DNA of 64,000 nt, taken from IMG/VR virus record IMGVR_UViG_3300025645_000065; one strand, written 5' to 3'. Position 1 is the stretch's first letter, and every line of letters begins with the position of its first letter. The notes under the pieces are model-generated. The model worked only from the letters and a program-made list of their open reading frames with translations. It was not told the DNA's origin and searched no databases. Below, piece by piece: positions 18,972-28,068 of the stretch. The translations under genes and the position numbers were made by a program. The DNA is from a virus.

Positions 18972-19475
18972 TTATTTTACCTTATATGCTGACCAAACCT
19001 CTCTATTTAACCTCCTATCATCCTCTCGATTTCCTATAATCTTACCATCTATTAAAGCGAAGGCGTGAGCATTTACCACTACAATATAACTCCCTTGATT
19101 GAATTCCTTTACGAACTCCTTAACCTGATAGCGGACCTGAACTGTCTGACGTCTGATAGTATACTTCTGCTTAGCATTACTCCACTTCTCTACCTTGGTC
19201 TTCTTAGCCCGTGTAAGTCTCCCTCCCCTACCCATCTTACTAATCCTTTTACCGAATGCCTGAGTAACCTTCCCCAGATATCTATTAGCGTAAGTGCCTT
19301 GACCGCTCACTCGATTCAATTTAGTCTCACAGAAGTGATGAGCATCTACATAATCAACCCCAAAGGCATGCTGAACTGCTCTCACTACACAATCGTTATT
19401 CTCACTCTTACTTAGAGTATCTGTAGCAGCTTGTTTACTCCCTAGCTCCTTAATTAAATCCTTCGCCTTACTCAT
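18972..19475 (-). CDS. Hypothetical basic protein
   Basis: 167 aa ORF. Confidence 0.3.
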   Translation of the reverse strand: MSKAKDLIKELGSKQAATDTLSKSENNDCVVRAVQHAFGVDYVDAHHFCETKLNRVSGQGTYANRYLGKVTQAFGKRISKMGRGGRLTRAKKTKVEKWSNAKQKYTIRRQTVQVRYQVKEFVKEFNQGSYIVVVNAHAFALIDGKIIGNREDDRRLNREVWSAYKVK

Positions 19476-19738
19476 AGCTGTATAAAACGCTCTTCCTTTG
19501 GACTACCTGTAGCGGTGACTAGGAACTTACTGCCGGATCCATCCTCAAATCTGATACTATCAACCTTGATTAGGTACTTTATCTCAATTAACTCCTTAGC
19601 TAATCTTAAATGTGTTTCTTGCATTATTGTCATAACTCTTATTCTTTCTATCTTATACCTAAAGATACGAACTCCTGAGTTAGCAAGCAAGCCTTTTCTT
19701 ATGTATTTCCGGAATATCCTATAGGCGTTTTCTACCAA
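19472..19738 (-). CDS. Hypothetical small protein
   Basis: 88 aa ORF. Confidence 0.2.
   Translation of the reverse strand: MVENAYRIFRKYIRKGLLANSGVRIFRYKIERIRVMTIMQETHLRLAKELIEIKYLIKVDSIRFEDGSGSKFLVTATGSPKEERFIQL
19654..19671 (-). promoter_or_regulatory. Motif-1 copy
   Basis: tatacctaaagatacgaa. Confidence 0.4.
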
Positions 19739-20049
19739 CTCCTCACTTTCCCCCCACCTCCAACAGCGAGCTCCCTATGTTAAACAGTGTTCACTTGCCT
19801 GGTTCCCCACAGTCTACCTTAAAATATCCTATAGGCGTTTTGTAGTCAAACCCTATTCTCCCTATGTAGAACACGGTTCCTTACTTTTGCAAGCCCACTC
19901 CCCCGGTAAATGGCATATAAAACTACTGCTAGAAGGTAAAGGCAAACAACAAACCGGATAGTAAACCCCAGCATCACCCCATTAATAAAGACTCTCATAT
20001 GATATAAATTGTTCTATATAAGAGAAATGGCCGGATGACGGCTACTGCC

Positions 20050-20086
20050 GTAAGATATCGTAAGATCCTACCAAATCTTGTAAGAT
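20050..20086. promoter_or_regulatory. Iteron-like GTAAGAT x3 at 10- and 20-bp spacing, inside a 1-kb non-coding region
   Basis: Copies at 20050-56, 20060-66 and 20080-86. The spacing keeps them on the same face of the helix. Confidence 0.35.
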
Positions 20087-20609
20087 TCACCTAATCCCTA
20101 TAGTAAGTGATCGAATCGACCGTATCCCCCTGTCTCAAAGGGTTTTAAAGGGGTCTCCCTATTTTCTCCGGAAAGATGTATCAACGAGGCAGGCCCGAGC
20201 CTAAACACGTCTAATCCTTCCATATGTACCATCTCTATTTACTTCACACACCATCCTATCTTCTCTCTATTATTCTACAGTACTTCTCCTCTATTTCTAC
20301 ACTTCCAGTATTACTTCCTACTCCTACCATGTTCTATTTTATTATATTATCATACAGTTTCTTATTACTTTCTATATAGTATTGTTTTATAATACTAATT
20401 CTATAATTCCTCTTACTTGTATGCTTTTATAATACTTCTCTATTGTTTATACTGTTTAATCGTTAGGATCTGTTGTTCCATTACCTTGTTCTTATTCTTC
20501 TTTACTTTCTTCTTTTTATTATCTATATTATCCTTATACGTCTTCTTATTAATAGTATTCTGAATAATGGTATTGGTACTCCGGTTCACTTTCCGGTTCT
20601 TATTTTTAG

Positions 20610-20747
20610 TGTCAAGGACAGGATTCGAACCTGTAAATTATTAAGTGCTTCATTCTATAGATCAGCTCACCATTACGTTTAGCTTAAGGATTTAATCACT
20701 ATAGAGAACTGCACAGGTTTTAGCGTCTGCCATTCCGCCACCTTGAC
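20610..20747 (-). ncRNA. tRNA-scaffold element, 138 nt. Acceptor variant GTCAAGG/CCTTGAC with a Leu-like D arm and canonical T arm.
   Basis: 5' GTCAAGGTGGCGGAATGGCAGACGC ... ACAGGTTCGAATCCTGTCCTTGACA 3' with an ~88-nt core. The downstream flank is conserved with the copy at 23790. Confidence 0.35.
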
Positions 20748-20801
20748 ATTTTGCGTTCTATTGAAAAAGGAAGTTAGTGCGCCTATACCTGATGTCTTTA
20801 A

Positions 20802-21023
20802 CTACTCATAAGTTTCTTTGTAATAATCTACTGCACTTCCGTTGCACCCTTGATTAAACTCCCCTTGATAGTAGGCTTCTATCTTCTGTTGCTTATCTAT
20901 TTCTTTTGCTTGTACAGTAAGTTTATCTAACATTGACCATTCCACCTCGCAGTACGACGGGTTTCCGTAGGTTTCTAATTGTTTTTTCAACCAATCAATC
21001 GATGTTTGTTGTTTATTCCCCAT
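20802..21023 (-). CDS. Small protein of the MSNKKQTAVEW...QYYKETYE family
   Basis: Starts MGNKQQTSIDW and ends AVDYYKETYE. Start moved to the internal Met that is conserved across the family. Confidence 0.35.
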   Translation of the reverse strand: MGNKQQTSIDWLKKQLETYGNPSYCEVEWSMLDKLTVQAKEIDKQQKIEAYYQGEFNQGCNGSAVDYYKETYE

Positions 21024-21243
21024 AAGTTTCTTTGTAGTATTGTTCTGCGGTTCTTCTTGGCTCAATGTTAATGTGATATTCATATTCATCATCAGCACCA
21101 TTTTTAAACGCTTCAATTTTCTGCTGCTTGTCCATTTCTTTAGCATCTTTATACGCTTGCAGCATATCATTACCGATAAAGTACTGCATCCTTTCAAGTT
21201 CACTAAAGAACCACTCTACTGCCGTTTGTTTTTTATTGCTCAT
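21013..21243 (-). CDS. Small protein of the MSNKKQTAVEW...QYYKETYE family
   Basis: Starts MSNKKQTAVEWFF and ends EQYYKETYGE. Confidence 0.35.
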   Translation of the reverse strand: MSNKKQTAVEWFFSELERMQYFIGNDMLQAYKDAKEMDKQQKIEAFKNGADDEYEYHINIEPRRTAEQYYKETYGE

Positions 21244-21427
21244 ATCCTTTAATTTTATTAAATCTCTCATCGATGCATTGTCTTTGATACTCAAGATGCA
21301 ATACTTCTGAATGTTGTTTGATTAATAGGTACGCATTATCTAATAATTCTTTTTCTTGTTCTGTTCTCACTCCTGTGTTCATGATGCATAGTGCATCAAT
21401 AAGTGAGAGTTGTTGTTTATTGCTCAT
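21233..21427 (-). CDS. Small protein with the MSNKQQ leader
   Basis: Starts MSNKQQLSLIDAL. Confidence 0.3.
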   Translation of the reverse strand: MSNKQQLSLIDALCIMNTGVRTEQEKELLDNAYLLIKQHSEVLHLEYQRQCIDERFNKIKGYEQ

Positions 21428-21782
21428 AAGTTTCTTTATAGTATTGTTCAGCACTTCTGTTGCACCCTTGATTGAACTCTCCTTGATTATAGGCATCTAT
21501 CTTCTGCGATTCCCAAGGTGCTTTTACGTAATGTTCAACACAATCCTTTAATTCACTTCTACCCCATTCACCTTTGTATGGAAACCAAAGCCTATTTATA
21601 GCATCCCATAAATCGTTTCCAGTTTCCCACTCACCAAAACACATTATAGTTGTACTACCATCTTCATCGTAAAAAGTTGTATAATCACTACTATGGTTAT
21701 GGTGGCAATAAAGTGTTTTGGTTTCTGTACTTGCATAAGCACCTTCTACACTATATGTTGTTTTTACTTTTGTGTGGCTCAT
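21417..21782 (-). CDS. Hypothetical protein with the family C-terminus (NQGCNRSAEQYYKETYEQ)
   Basis: 121 aa ORF. Confidence 0.3.
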   Translation of the reverse strand: MSHTKVKTTYSVEGAYASTETKTLYCHHNHSSDYTTFYDEDGSTTIMCFGEWETGNDLWDAINRLWFPYKGEWGRSELKDCVEHYVKAPWESQKIDAYNQGEFNQGCNRSAEQYYKETYEQ

Positions 21783-22233
21783 AAATTTTTCGTTTTAATA
21801 CCGCCCAGCATATAACAAGCGGTATAGTTAATAAAGGCTGAATTAAGTTTATTTCTTCGATTTGTCGGTAGTAGTCAGCCTTTACTAAACCATACCGCCA
21901 ACCGTTATGGAACAGATTGCTATAACTTTTTTCCACATTTTTTGCATATTCTAAAACCATTCTCATAAGTGATTTACCAATTACATCCCAATTACTCTTG
22001 AAAAATTCTTCACCTTCTGGTGAATTGTTCCAAAACATAAAACCATCAGTCTTTTCAATCTCTTTCATTCTATTAACAGATTTTTCAACAGTAATTTCAT
22101 CGGTTCGTAATTCCAAACAAACATCTTTACCAATTTGAATAACTCCGTTACTATCTTTATAGGTATATCCAATCCTACCCACTGGTAAACCACAAAAAAC
22201 TAAGTTCTTAAAATAAATTTCTCTTGTTGTCAT
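21751..22233 (-). CDS. Hypothetical protein
   Basis: 160 aa ORF. Confidence 0.3.
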   Translation of the reverse strand: MTTREIYFKNLVFCGLPVGRIGYTYKDSNGVIQIGKDVCLELRTDEITVEKSVNRMKEIEKTDGFMFWNNSPEGEEFFKSNWDVIGKSLMRMVLEYAKNVEKSYSNLFHNGWRYGLVKADYYRQIEEINLIQPLLTIPLVICWAVLKRKIYEPHKSKNNI

Positions 22234-22293
22234 AATATTTTTTTCAAAGGTATAAAAATTAATTTACATACACATAACAAAGTGTAAAAAACG

Positions 22294-22617
22294 TTATAAG
22301 CCATTTTGTGACCTAACCTTACGACCAAGTTTTCTATGAATAAAAATACCTAATCTTTCAGGACAAGGAATAGCGATTACACCACGTAAATATGGAAGTA
22401 AAAAAGTAATTCCAATTCCCCAATGTGTATCAATATTGAATGACAACTCAAATTGAAAAGTGTCTAACGACCAAAATGTAAAAAATAACCAACGGAAAGT
22501 AAATCCGCTTGTATTGTGTTCATTTGCTTTTTTAATAGTAATTACAGGTACTAATGGAAATATATTCCTATTGTACCATTTCTCTTTTAGGTAATACCCT
22601 GATGCTGTTTGTGACAT
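22294..22617 (-). CDS. Hypothetical membrane protein
   Basis: 107 aa with hydrophobic segments. Confidence 0.25.
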   Translation of the reverse strand: MSQTASGYYLKEKWYNRNIFPLVPVITIKKANEHNTSGFTFRWLFFTFWSLDTFQFELSFNIDTHWGIGITFLLPYLRGVIAIPCPERLGIFIHRKLGRKVRSQNGL

Positions 22618-23024
22618 TGTTTTTAAATTAAATTGCTATACCAAACCACTAAAAAACGGCTTATAACAGTGGTTTGGCAAAATACCGCCACAAGCCTTTG
22701 TACTATAATTTAACATTCTGCAAGGCGGTACTTCGCCAAGCCGCATCACGTTAGTTGCAATTTGCCCAATCACACACAAACGAACTCGGTATTCTAATAA
22801 ATATTTCGGTTTCGGTAAGTTTTGCACACTTAAACCTTTGAATGGTGCTTGATATTGCCACCCACATAAAAACTGCAACTAACATCGCATATACGACAAT
22901 AGCGGCATTCTCTTTAAATCTAAACTTTTTCATTCTATTTTATTTTTGTTGTTAATTAAACTTTTGCCTTTCAATCCGCTACTGCGTATATGCGTAGCCG
23001 TTAGCAGAAATAATTTTATCCTGC

Positions 23025-23225
23025 CTACGCTCTCCGAACATTATCCCAATTTTCAAGGAATGATACTATCGAACCATATTCACACCATCCGCCACCATTG
23101 GTATCTTCAATTTGAATATACTGGTCGGTTTTGTGGTGAATTATCAATGTGTATTCGCTGTTTGTTTTGTAACCACAAGAGTTATCTAAACCCTTGAAAA
23201 TTGCTTTTACTTTTACTGTTCTCAT
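23025..23225 (-). CDS. Hypothetical small protein
   Basis: 66 aa ORF. Confidence 0.2.
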   Translation of the reverse strand: MRTVKVKAIFKGLDNSCGYKTNSEYTLIIHHKTDQYIQIEDTNGGGWCEYGSIVSFLENWDNVRRA

Positions 23226-23319
23226 TTTGATTTTATTTTAGATTTGTGAAAGCCCAGCCACTAACAGCGGTTTGGCGGCATTAAAACGACCACCAAGCCG
23301 CATCACGTTATAAGCCATT

Positions 23320-23697
23320 TTAGGAGAACGCCAACTTAACAAGTCTATCCTCTTGACTTTGGTATTCTTCTTTCTCTTCAATTTTAGCAATCCAACGAGA
23401 AACATAGCCACCGTCAGTCCAACTTCCACAATCAGTTTCAAAATGAATATCTGTATGGTCATTGTATCTGTATTCTCCACCTTTGTAACCATAGAACGTT
23501 TCCGTATAAGCAAGTTCTATGTTTGCTAAAATTTCTTCTTTTGTCATTGGTTGTTCAAGCATTTTAAATGCTACCTCTGCATATACACCTCTCCAAGAAA
23601 AAGGTTGAGAAATACCAAAGTCAAATTTTGTTCCGTTAGGGAAACTTTCAATGTGTTGTTTAAAATCTTTAAGTTCCATTGTTTTTAAATGTTTCAT
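23320..23697 (-). CDS. Hypothetical protein
   Basis: 125 aa ORF, preceded by motif-2. Confidence 0.3.
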   Translation of the reverse strand: MKHLKTMELKDFKQHIESFPNGTKFDFGISQPFSWRGVYAEVAFKMLEQPMTKEEILANIELAYTETFYGYKGGEYRYNDHTDIHFETDCGSWTDGGYVSRWIAKIEEKEEYQSQEDRLVKLAFS

Positions 23698-23734
23698 CGT
23701 TTAAATATTTTTATTTCTTATTTCCTTATTACTC

Positions 23735-23769
23735 CGTAAATATACGAACAAGGGATTGGGGAACCAACC
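23735..23769 (-). promoter_or_regulatory. Motif-2 (minus strand GGTTGGTTCCCCAATCCCTTGTTCGTATATTTACGG) upstream of 23320..23697
   Basis: One of six copies with a conserved GGGGAACCAAC-like box 8-12 bp upstream of TTCGTATATTTACGG. Confidence 0.4.
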
Positions 23770-23789
23770 AAAGTCGCATTTATTTTTAG

Positions 23790-23948
23790 TGTCAAGGACA
23801 GGATTCGAACCTGTACGATTAGAGTTTTTGCACTTGTTAGTACTATCTTTTAAGCTATCAGCGATATCACCTACACACCTATCTAATCTATAAAACCTAC
23901 TAGCGTCTACCACGTCAGGGGACACCCCTAACCTTCCGCCACCTTGAC
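23790..23948 (-). ncRNA. tRNA-scaffold element, 159 nt (GTCAAGG acceptor variant) with an extra hairpin inserted in the D loop
   Basis: 5' GTCAAGGTGGCGGAAGGTTAGGGGTGTCCCCTGACGTGGTAGACGC ... ACAGGTTCGAATCCTGTCCTTGACA 3'. Confidence 0.3.
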
Positions 23949-24002
23949 ATTTTGCGTTCTATTGAAAAAGGAAGTTAGTGCGCCTATACCTTTTACCTTT
24001 AA

Positions 24003-24212
24003 CTACTCATAGGTTTCTTTATAGTATTGTTCTGCATCTTTATAAGAACCCCAGTCTGAGCAGCCATAATTAACAGAATCAATTTTCTGCTGCTTGTCAA
24101 TTTCTTTGGCTTGGTCAAATATTCCTTCAAATAATACTTCTTGTTCATACGTTAACCCTATATTTATTCGTTCTCGTAACCATTCTACTGCCGTTTGTTT
24201 TTTATTGCTCAT
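24003..24212 (-). CDS. Small protein of the MSNKKQTAVEW...QYYKETYE family
   Basis: 69 aa ORF. Confidence 0.35.
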   Translation of the reverse strand: MSNKKQTAVEWLRERINIGLTYEQEVLFEGIFDQAKEIDKQQKIDSVNYGCSDWGSYKDAEQYYKETYE

Positions 24213-24387
24213 CTTCTATCCGTTGTATTGCTGTTTTTAAGCCTTGTTTAAATCCTCTGTTAAAATAGTCTGCGTTTGCTTTGACTTGCATTGCTTTTGC
24301 TTGGTTAAATATATCTTTCATACTTAAATTAGGTTTTAGCATTTCACTTTCTAACCATTCAACTGCCGTTTGTTTTTTATTGCTCAT
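24202..24387 (-). CDS. Small protein with the MSNKKQTAVEW leader
   Basis: 61 aa ORF. Confidence 0.3.
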   Translation of the reverse strand: MSNKKQTAVEWLESEMLKPNLSMKDIFNQAKAMQVKANADYFNRGFKQGLKTAIQRIEDEQ

Positions 24388-24610
24388 AAGTTTCTATTTC
24401 TTGTTTAACTTCTTGCCAATAGTCATATAAATCATTTGTGTCCATAAATCCAACGTTTAATATTTCATCAACTGCAATCAATGCACATTGTTGAGCATTC
24501 CATAGTTGAATTTCATCGGAGTAAACAAATCCATCTTCAGTTGTTGCTTCGTTTGACGCAAAAACAAAACACATTTCTATTAACTCTTCTGCTTTTTCTT
24601 TTGGTGTCAT
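24377..24610 (-). CDS. Hypothetical small acidic protein
   Basis: 77 aa ORF. Confidence 0.3.
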   Translation of the reverse strand: MTPKEKAEELIEMCFVFASNEATTEDGFVYSDEIQLWNAQQCALIAVDEILNVGFMDTNDLYDYWQEVKQEIETYEQ

Positions 24611-24776
24611 AAATCTATCTGTTCATTAAGTGCCATTATAGCTTCATCAATAGAGCCTTGTTGCTATCCTGCGCACAACATCAAGCTGCTGAAAGTTTTT
24701 AAGACTTGTGTTCCTTCGAAAGTTTCCGATTGTGTTTCAATGGAGTAGGTGTCTCCGTAATGTGTAAGTGTTATTG

Positions 24777-25265
24777 TCATTTGTTTAGTATTTGTTGTGT
24801 TAATTTTAAATCGTTTTGGTTCTCAGGATGTTCAGCAAAACAATGTTCCCAATATTCTTGAACTGCTCGCTTGATAAATTCCACTTCTTCAATTGTGTAT
24901 GTTTTATCAAAGCCTCTGCTTTCTCCATTTGAACTTTTGAAGGTTAGTTCTTTGCCTTGTGAATCGTAGGTATATTCACAACAAGTTCCTTTTGAATTTT
25001 TATAGGTTAATAAATTACCATTTGAATCGTATGTATATTCACAACTATATCCATTTGAATGTTTGTAGGTTAATACCTTACCTTGTGAATCTCTTGTATA
25101 TTTATACCAAGTTCCATCTGAATTTTTATAGGTTAATAAATTACCATTAGAATCTCTGGTGTATTCACAACTATATCCATTTGAATCTTTGTAATACTTA
25201 TAAACTTTGATACCATTCTCATTGAATAGTTCTAAATTCTCTTCTGTTCCTTGTATGTTTTTCAT
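24777..25265 (-). CDS. YD/RHS-like repeat small protein (MKNIQGTEENLELFNENG leader family)
   Basis: 162 aa. Tandem ~21-aa repeats YKNSDG.S.EYTRDSNGK.LT carrying the Y.YD..G.L signature. Confidence 0.4.
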   Translation of the reverse strand: MKNIQGTEENLELFNENGIKVYKYYKDSNGYSCEYTRDSNGNLLTYKNSDGTWYKYTRDSQGKVLTYKHSNGYSCEYTYDSNGNLLTYKNSKGTCCEYTYDSQGKELTFKSSNGESRGFDKTYTIEEVEFIKRAVQEYWEHCFAEHPENQNDLKLTQQILNK

Positions 25266-25738
25266 TGTTTCTTTTTAAATTGTTCAAACCATTCTTGCTC
25301 TTGAATTTCATCACTAAAAGATAAATATTCTTTAAATTCTTTAAGAATTATCAACACCTCTTCAGGTGTGTAGGTTTTATCAAAGCCTCTGCTTACTCCT
25401 TTTGAATTTTTATAGGTTAGTTCCTTACCTTGTGAATCTCTTGTATATTCACAAGTAAATCCATTTGAATCTTTGAAGGTTAATACCTTACCATTTGAAT
25501 CGTACGTGCGTTCATACCAAGTTCCATATGAATCTTTGAAGGTTAATTCCTTACCATTTGAATCGTAGGTGTATTCATACCAATATCCATTTGAATTTTT
25601 ATAGCTTAACTCATTACCGTTTGAATCTCTTGTGTATTCATAGCTATATCCAAATGGATGTTTAAAATACTCATAAACTTGTTTACCATTATCATTGAAT
25701 AGCTCTAAGTTCTCTTCTGTTCCTTGTATGTTTTTCAT
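25262..25738 (-). CDS. YD/RHS-like repeat small protein
   Basis: 158 aa paralog ending WFEQFKKKQ. Confidence 0.4.
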   Translation of the reverse strand: MKNIQGTEENLELFNDNGKQVYEYFKHPFGYSYEYTRDSNGNELSYKNSNGYWYEYTYDSNGKELTFKDSYGTWYERTYDSNGKVLTFKDSNGFTCEYTRDSQGKELTYKNSKGVSRGFDKTYTPEEVLIILKEFKEYLSFSDEIQEQEWFEQFKKKQ

Positions 25739-25740
25739 TG

Positions 25741-26160
25741 TTATTTTTTTATCTTAAAGTTGCCTAATTTGGATACTAACTCCTCCATAGTGTACTCAGG
25801 TATATCAAAGCCTCTGCTTACTCCTTTTGAATTTTTAAAGGTTAGTTCATTGCCATTTGAATCTCTTGTATATTCATACCAAGTTCCTTTTGAATTTTTA
25901 TAGATTAACTCGTTACCCTTTAAATCGTAGGTGTATTCGTAACTAAATCCATTTGAATCTTTGAAGGTTAGTTCCTTACCGTTTGAATCGTATGTACATT
26001 CATAACTAAATCCATTTGAATTTTTGAAGGTTAATACCTTACCTTGTGAATCGTAAGTACATTCTTCACTATATTCATAAGCTTTAAAATACTCATAAAC
26101 TCTTATGCCATTCTCATTGAATAGCTCCAAATTCTCTTTTGTTCCTAATATGTTTTTCAT
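25741..26160 (-). CDS. YD/RHS-like repeat small protein
   Basis: 139 aa paralog ending SRGFDIPEYTMEELVSKLGNFKIKK. Confidence 0.4.
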   Translation of the reverse strand: MKNILGTKENLELFNENGIRVYEYFKAYEYSEECTYDSQGKVLTFKNSNGFSYECTYDSNGKELTFKDSNGFSYEYTYDLKGNELIYKNSKGTWYEYTRDSNGNELTFKNSKGVSRGFDIPEYTMEELVSKLGNFKIKK

Positions 26161-26162
26161 TA

Positions 26163-27011
26163 TTATTTCTTTTTAAATTGTTCAAACCATTGTTCTAAAT
26201 CTACTGTCACTAATGCTGATTGCAAGGCTTCTGAAATAATTAATTTAACTTCTTCCTCACTATACATTCTTTCTTGTTGCCATTCAGTACCTTCTTTAAA
26301 GTTTTGAATTTGTAATAGTTTACTATCTATCCATTGCTGTGTAGGAACTGGTATCATAGCTGTCTTCCTATTGTAATTAGCTTCGGCAGCTTCTTCAAGT
26401 GTTTCTTGTTTAGTTTCTTCTTTTGTCAGTTTAATTGCACAAGGTTCACATTGAACTGCTCTTTTATCTCCTGTAAATTCTATTTTACAAGTTACACAAG
26501 TACACCCATAATGACCCGGAGCATACCCACCAATTGGATATTTTTGTTTAGTTTTTTCTTTTGGAATGATAGTTTTGTGTCTTACTTTTGTATCAACTTC
26601 CCATTCAGATGGTAATAAAACCTCTTTCCATACTCCGTTGTTAGATAAGTATTCTTTCTCAACCTCAACCTCCTCACAACTTGGATTCTTAACAAACCAT
26701 TCTAAGAACTCATCATCAATAGCTTGTACACCATCTTTGATTAAATCTTGGTCTGTTGTTAGAATGATTTGTCTTGGTTTATTGTTACTTATTAAAGCCA
26801 TTGTGTTTTGCCATAACCAAACCCTACCATTATTATAAACCCAAATATTATTTTCAAATCCAGTAATTTCTTCATCAGATGTGATGTAGATGTGTTTTGC
26901 AATATTGGTTGGATGTTGAGAAGGAAATTCATCTAATTCTAATCTTCTTCTTAGATTATTAATCCATAACCTACTTGGTTTGTCTGTTGGAATTACGTGT
27001 ATATTTTTCAT
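26163..27011 (-). CDS. Hypothetical protein with a Cys-rich zinc-ribbon segment. Its C-terminus is shared with the gene at 41787..42500.
   Basis: 282 aa. Contains HYGCTCVTCKIEF...CEPC and a C-terminal EGTEWQQERMYSEE...WFEQFKKK module. Confidence 0.3.
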   Translation of the reverse strand: MKNIHVIPTDKPSRLWINNLRRRLELDEFPSQHPTNIAKHIYITSDEEITGFENNIWVYNNGRVWLWQNTMALISNNKPRQIILTTDQDLIKDGVQAIDDEFLEWFVKNPSCEEVEVEKEYLSNNGVWKEVLLPSEWEVDTKVRHKTIIPKEKTKQKYPIGGYAPGHYGCTCVTCKIEFTGDKRAVQCEPCAIKLTKEETKQETLEEAAEANYNRKTAMIPVPTQQWIDSKLLQIQNFKEGTEWQQERMYSEEEVKLIISEALQSALVTVDLEQWFEQFKKK

Positions 27012-27012
27012 A

Positions 27013-27372
27013 TTATTTTTTTATTTTAAAGTTTCCAATTTTGGATACTAACTCTTCCATAGTGTACTCAGGTATATCAAAGCCTCTGCTTTCTCCATTT
27101 GAATCTTTGTATGTTAATTCATTGCCATTTGAATCTCTTGTATATTCACAACTAAATCCATCTGAATTTTTGGAGGTTAATATCTTACCATTTGAATCTC
27201 TTGTAAATTCATAACTATATCCATCTGAATTTTTATAGGTTAATACCTTACCATTTGAATCTCTTGTATATTCACAACTAAATCCATTTGAATTTTTAAA
27301 ATACTCATAAACTCTTACACCCTCTTGATTGAATAGCTCTAATTTCTCTTCTGTTCCTAATATGTTTTTCAT
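27013..27372 (-). CDS. YD/RHS-like repeat small protein
   Basis: 119 aa paralog, preceded by motif-2. Confidence 0.4.
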   Translation of the reverse strand: MKNILGTEEKLELFNQEGVRVYEYFKNSNGFSCEYTRDSNGKVLTYKNSDGYSYEFTRDSNGKILTSKNSDGFSCEYTRDSNGNELTYKDSNGESRGFDIPEYTMEELVSKIGNFKIKK

Positions 27373-27388
27373 CTTATTTCTTATTACT

Positions 27389-27424
27389 CCGTAAATATAC
27401 GAACAGTATCTTGGGGAGCCAACA
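27389..27424 (-). promoter_or_regulatory. Motif-2 copy upstream of the YD-repeat gene 27013..27372
   Basis: ccgtaaatatacgaacagtatcttggggagccaac. Confidence 0.4.
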
Positions 27425-27430
27425 AAAATC

Positions 27431-27739
27431 TTATTTGTTTTTGTTAAACTCTTTCCAATTATTATAAGTCAAACCCCATTGTAGACTGAACCATTGCATT
27501 TCCTTCTCTGCTTGCTTAGCATACTTGTTTAAGTTTTTCATGAGGTATTTTTTACCCCATTTTTTAAACTCCTCACCTTGCTCAACCGTCATTGTGTACT
27601 TTTGAAACCAATTATCTACACCTACCACATCCTGATACGTAACATCATGACCAGCAATGATAAACATTTGATTGATTAAATCAATAACTGCCTTATCTTG
27701 CTTTTCCTCTCGACTTAATCGTTTACGTTTAACTTGCAT
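27431..27739 (-). CDS. Hypothetical protein
   Basis: 102 aa ORF. Confidence 0.3.
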   Translation of the reverse strand: MQVKRKRLSREEKQDKAVIDLINQMFIIAGHDVTYQDVVGVDNWFQKYTMTVEQGEEFKKWGKKYLMKNLNKYAKQAEKEMQWFSLQWGLTYNNWKEFNKNK

Positions 27740-28068
27740 AATTCGTAATTGCTATTTTCTGTCTTAAATATAATATAATTCTCTCGCTCTTCCACAATCT
27801 CTGTAATGGGGGTACATTGCCAAGTAAAGAATTGATTGAATGGAGACATAAGTAAACTCCTACCAATGGCAGGTTCATCATGTTTAGATTTAAAACGACC
27901 TTCATCGTTAAACTCAATCCACATTATCCTAGCTGATTCTTTTAGTAGATTATCTCGTTCACGAACCAATCTATATTTAGGTTCTTCTGTGTCTAAGTTT
28001 AATTCTAATTTCAACTCACCATCTAAACCTAATGTTACTGGTATTTTAGTTTGTTTTATCTTGCTCAT
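27715..28068 (-). CDS. Hypothetical protein
   Basis: 117 aa ORF. Confidence 0.3.
   Translation of the reverse strand: MSKIKQTKIPVTLGLDGELKLELNLDTEEPKYRLVRERDNLLKESARIMWIEFNDEGRFKSKHDEPAIGRSLLMSPFNQFFTWQCTPITEIVEERENYIIFKTENSNYELCKLNVND

Noticed and set aside
22636-22933. Overlapping ORFs 22636..22878, 22751..22933 and 23238..23513
   Set aside because: They overlap each other or the stronger ORF 23320..23697 in different frames, have odd composition and no supporting motif. They were not called as genes.
20610-23948. Direct-repeat-flanked 3-kb segment as an integrated mobile element
   Set aside because: There is no integrase, transposase or recombinase inside, and the flanks are tRNA-like elements plus duplicated gene starts. 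Segmental duplication is the more economical explanation.
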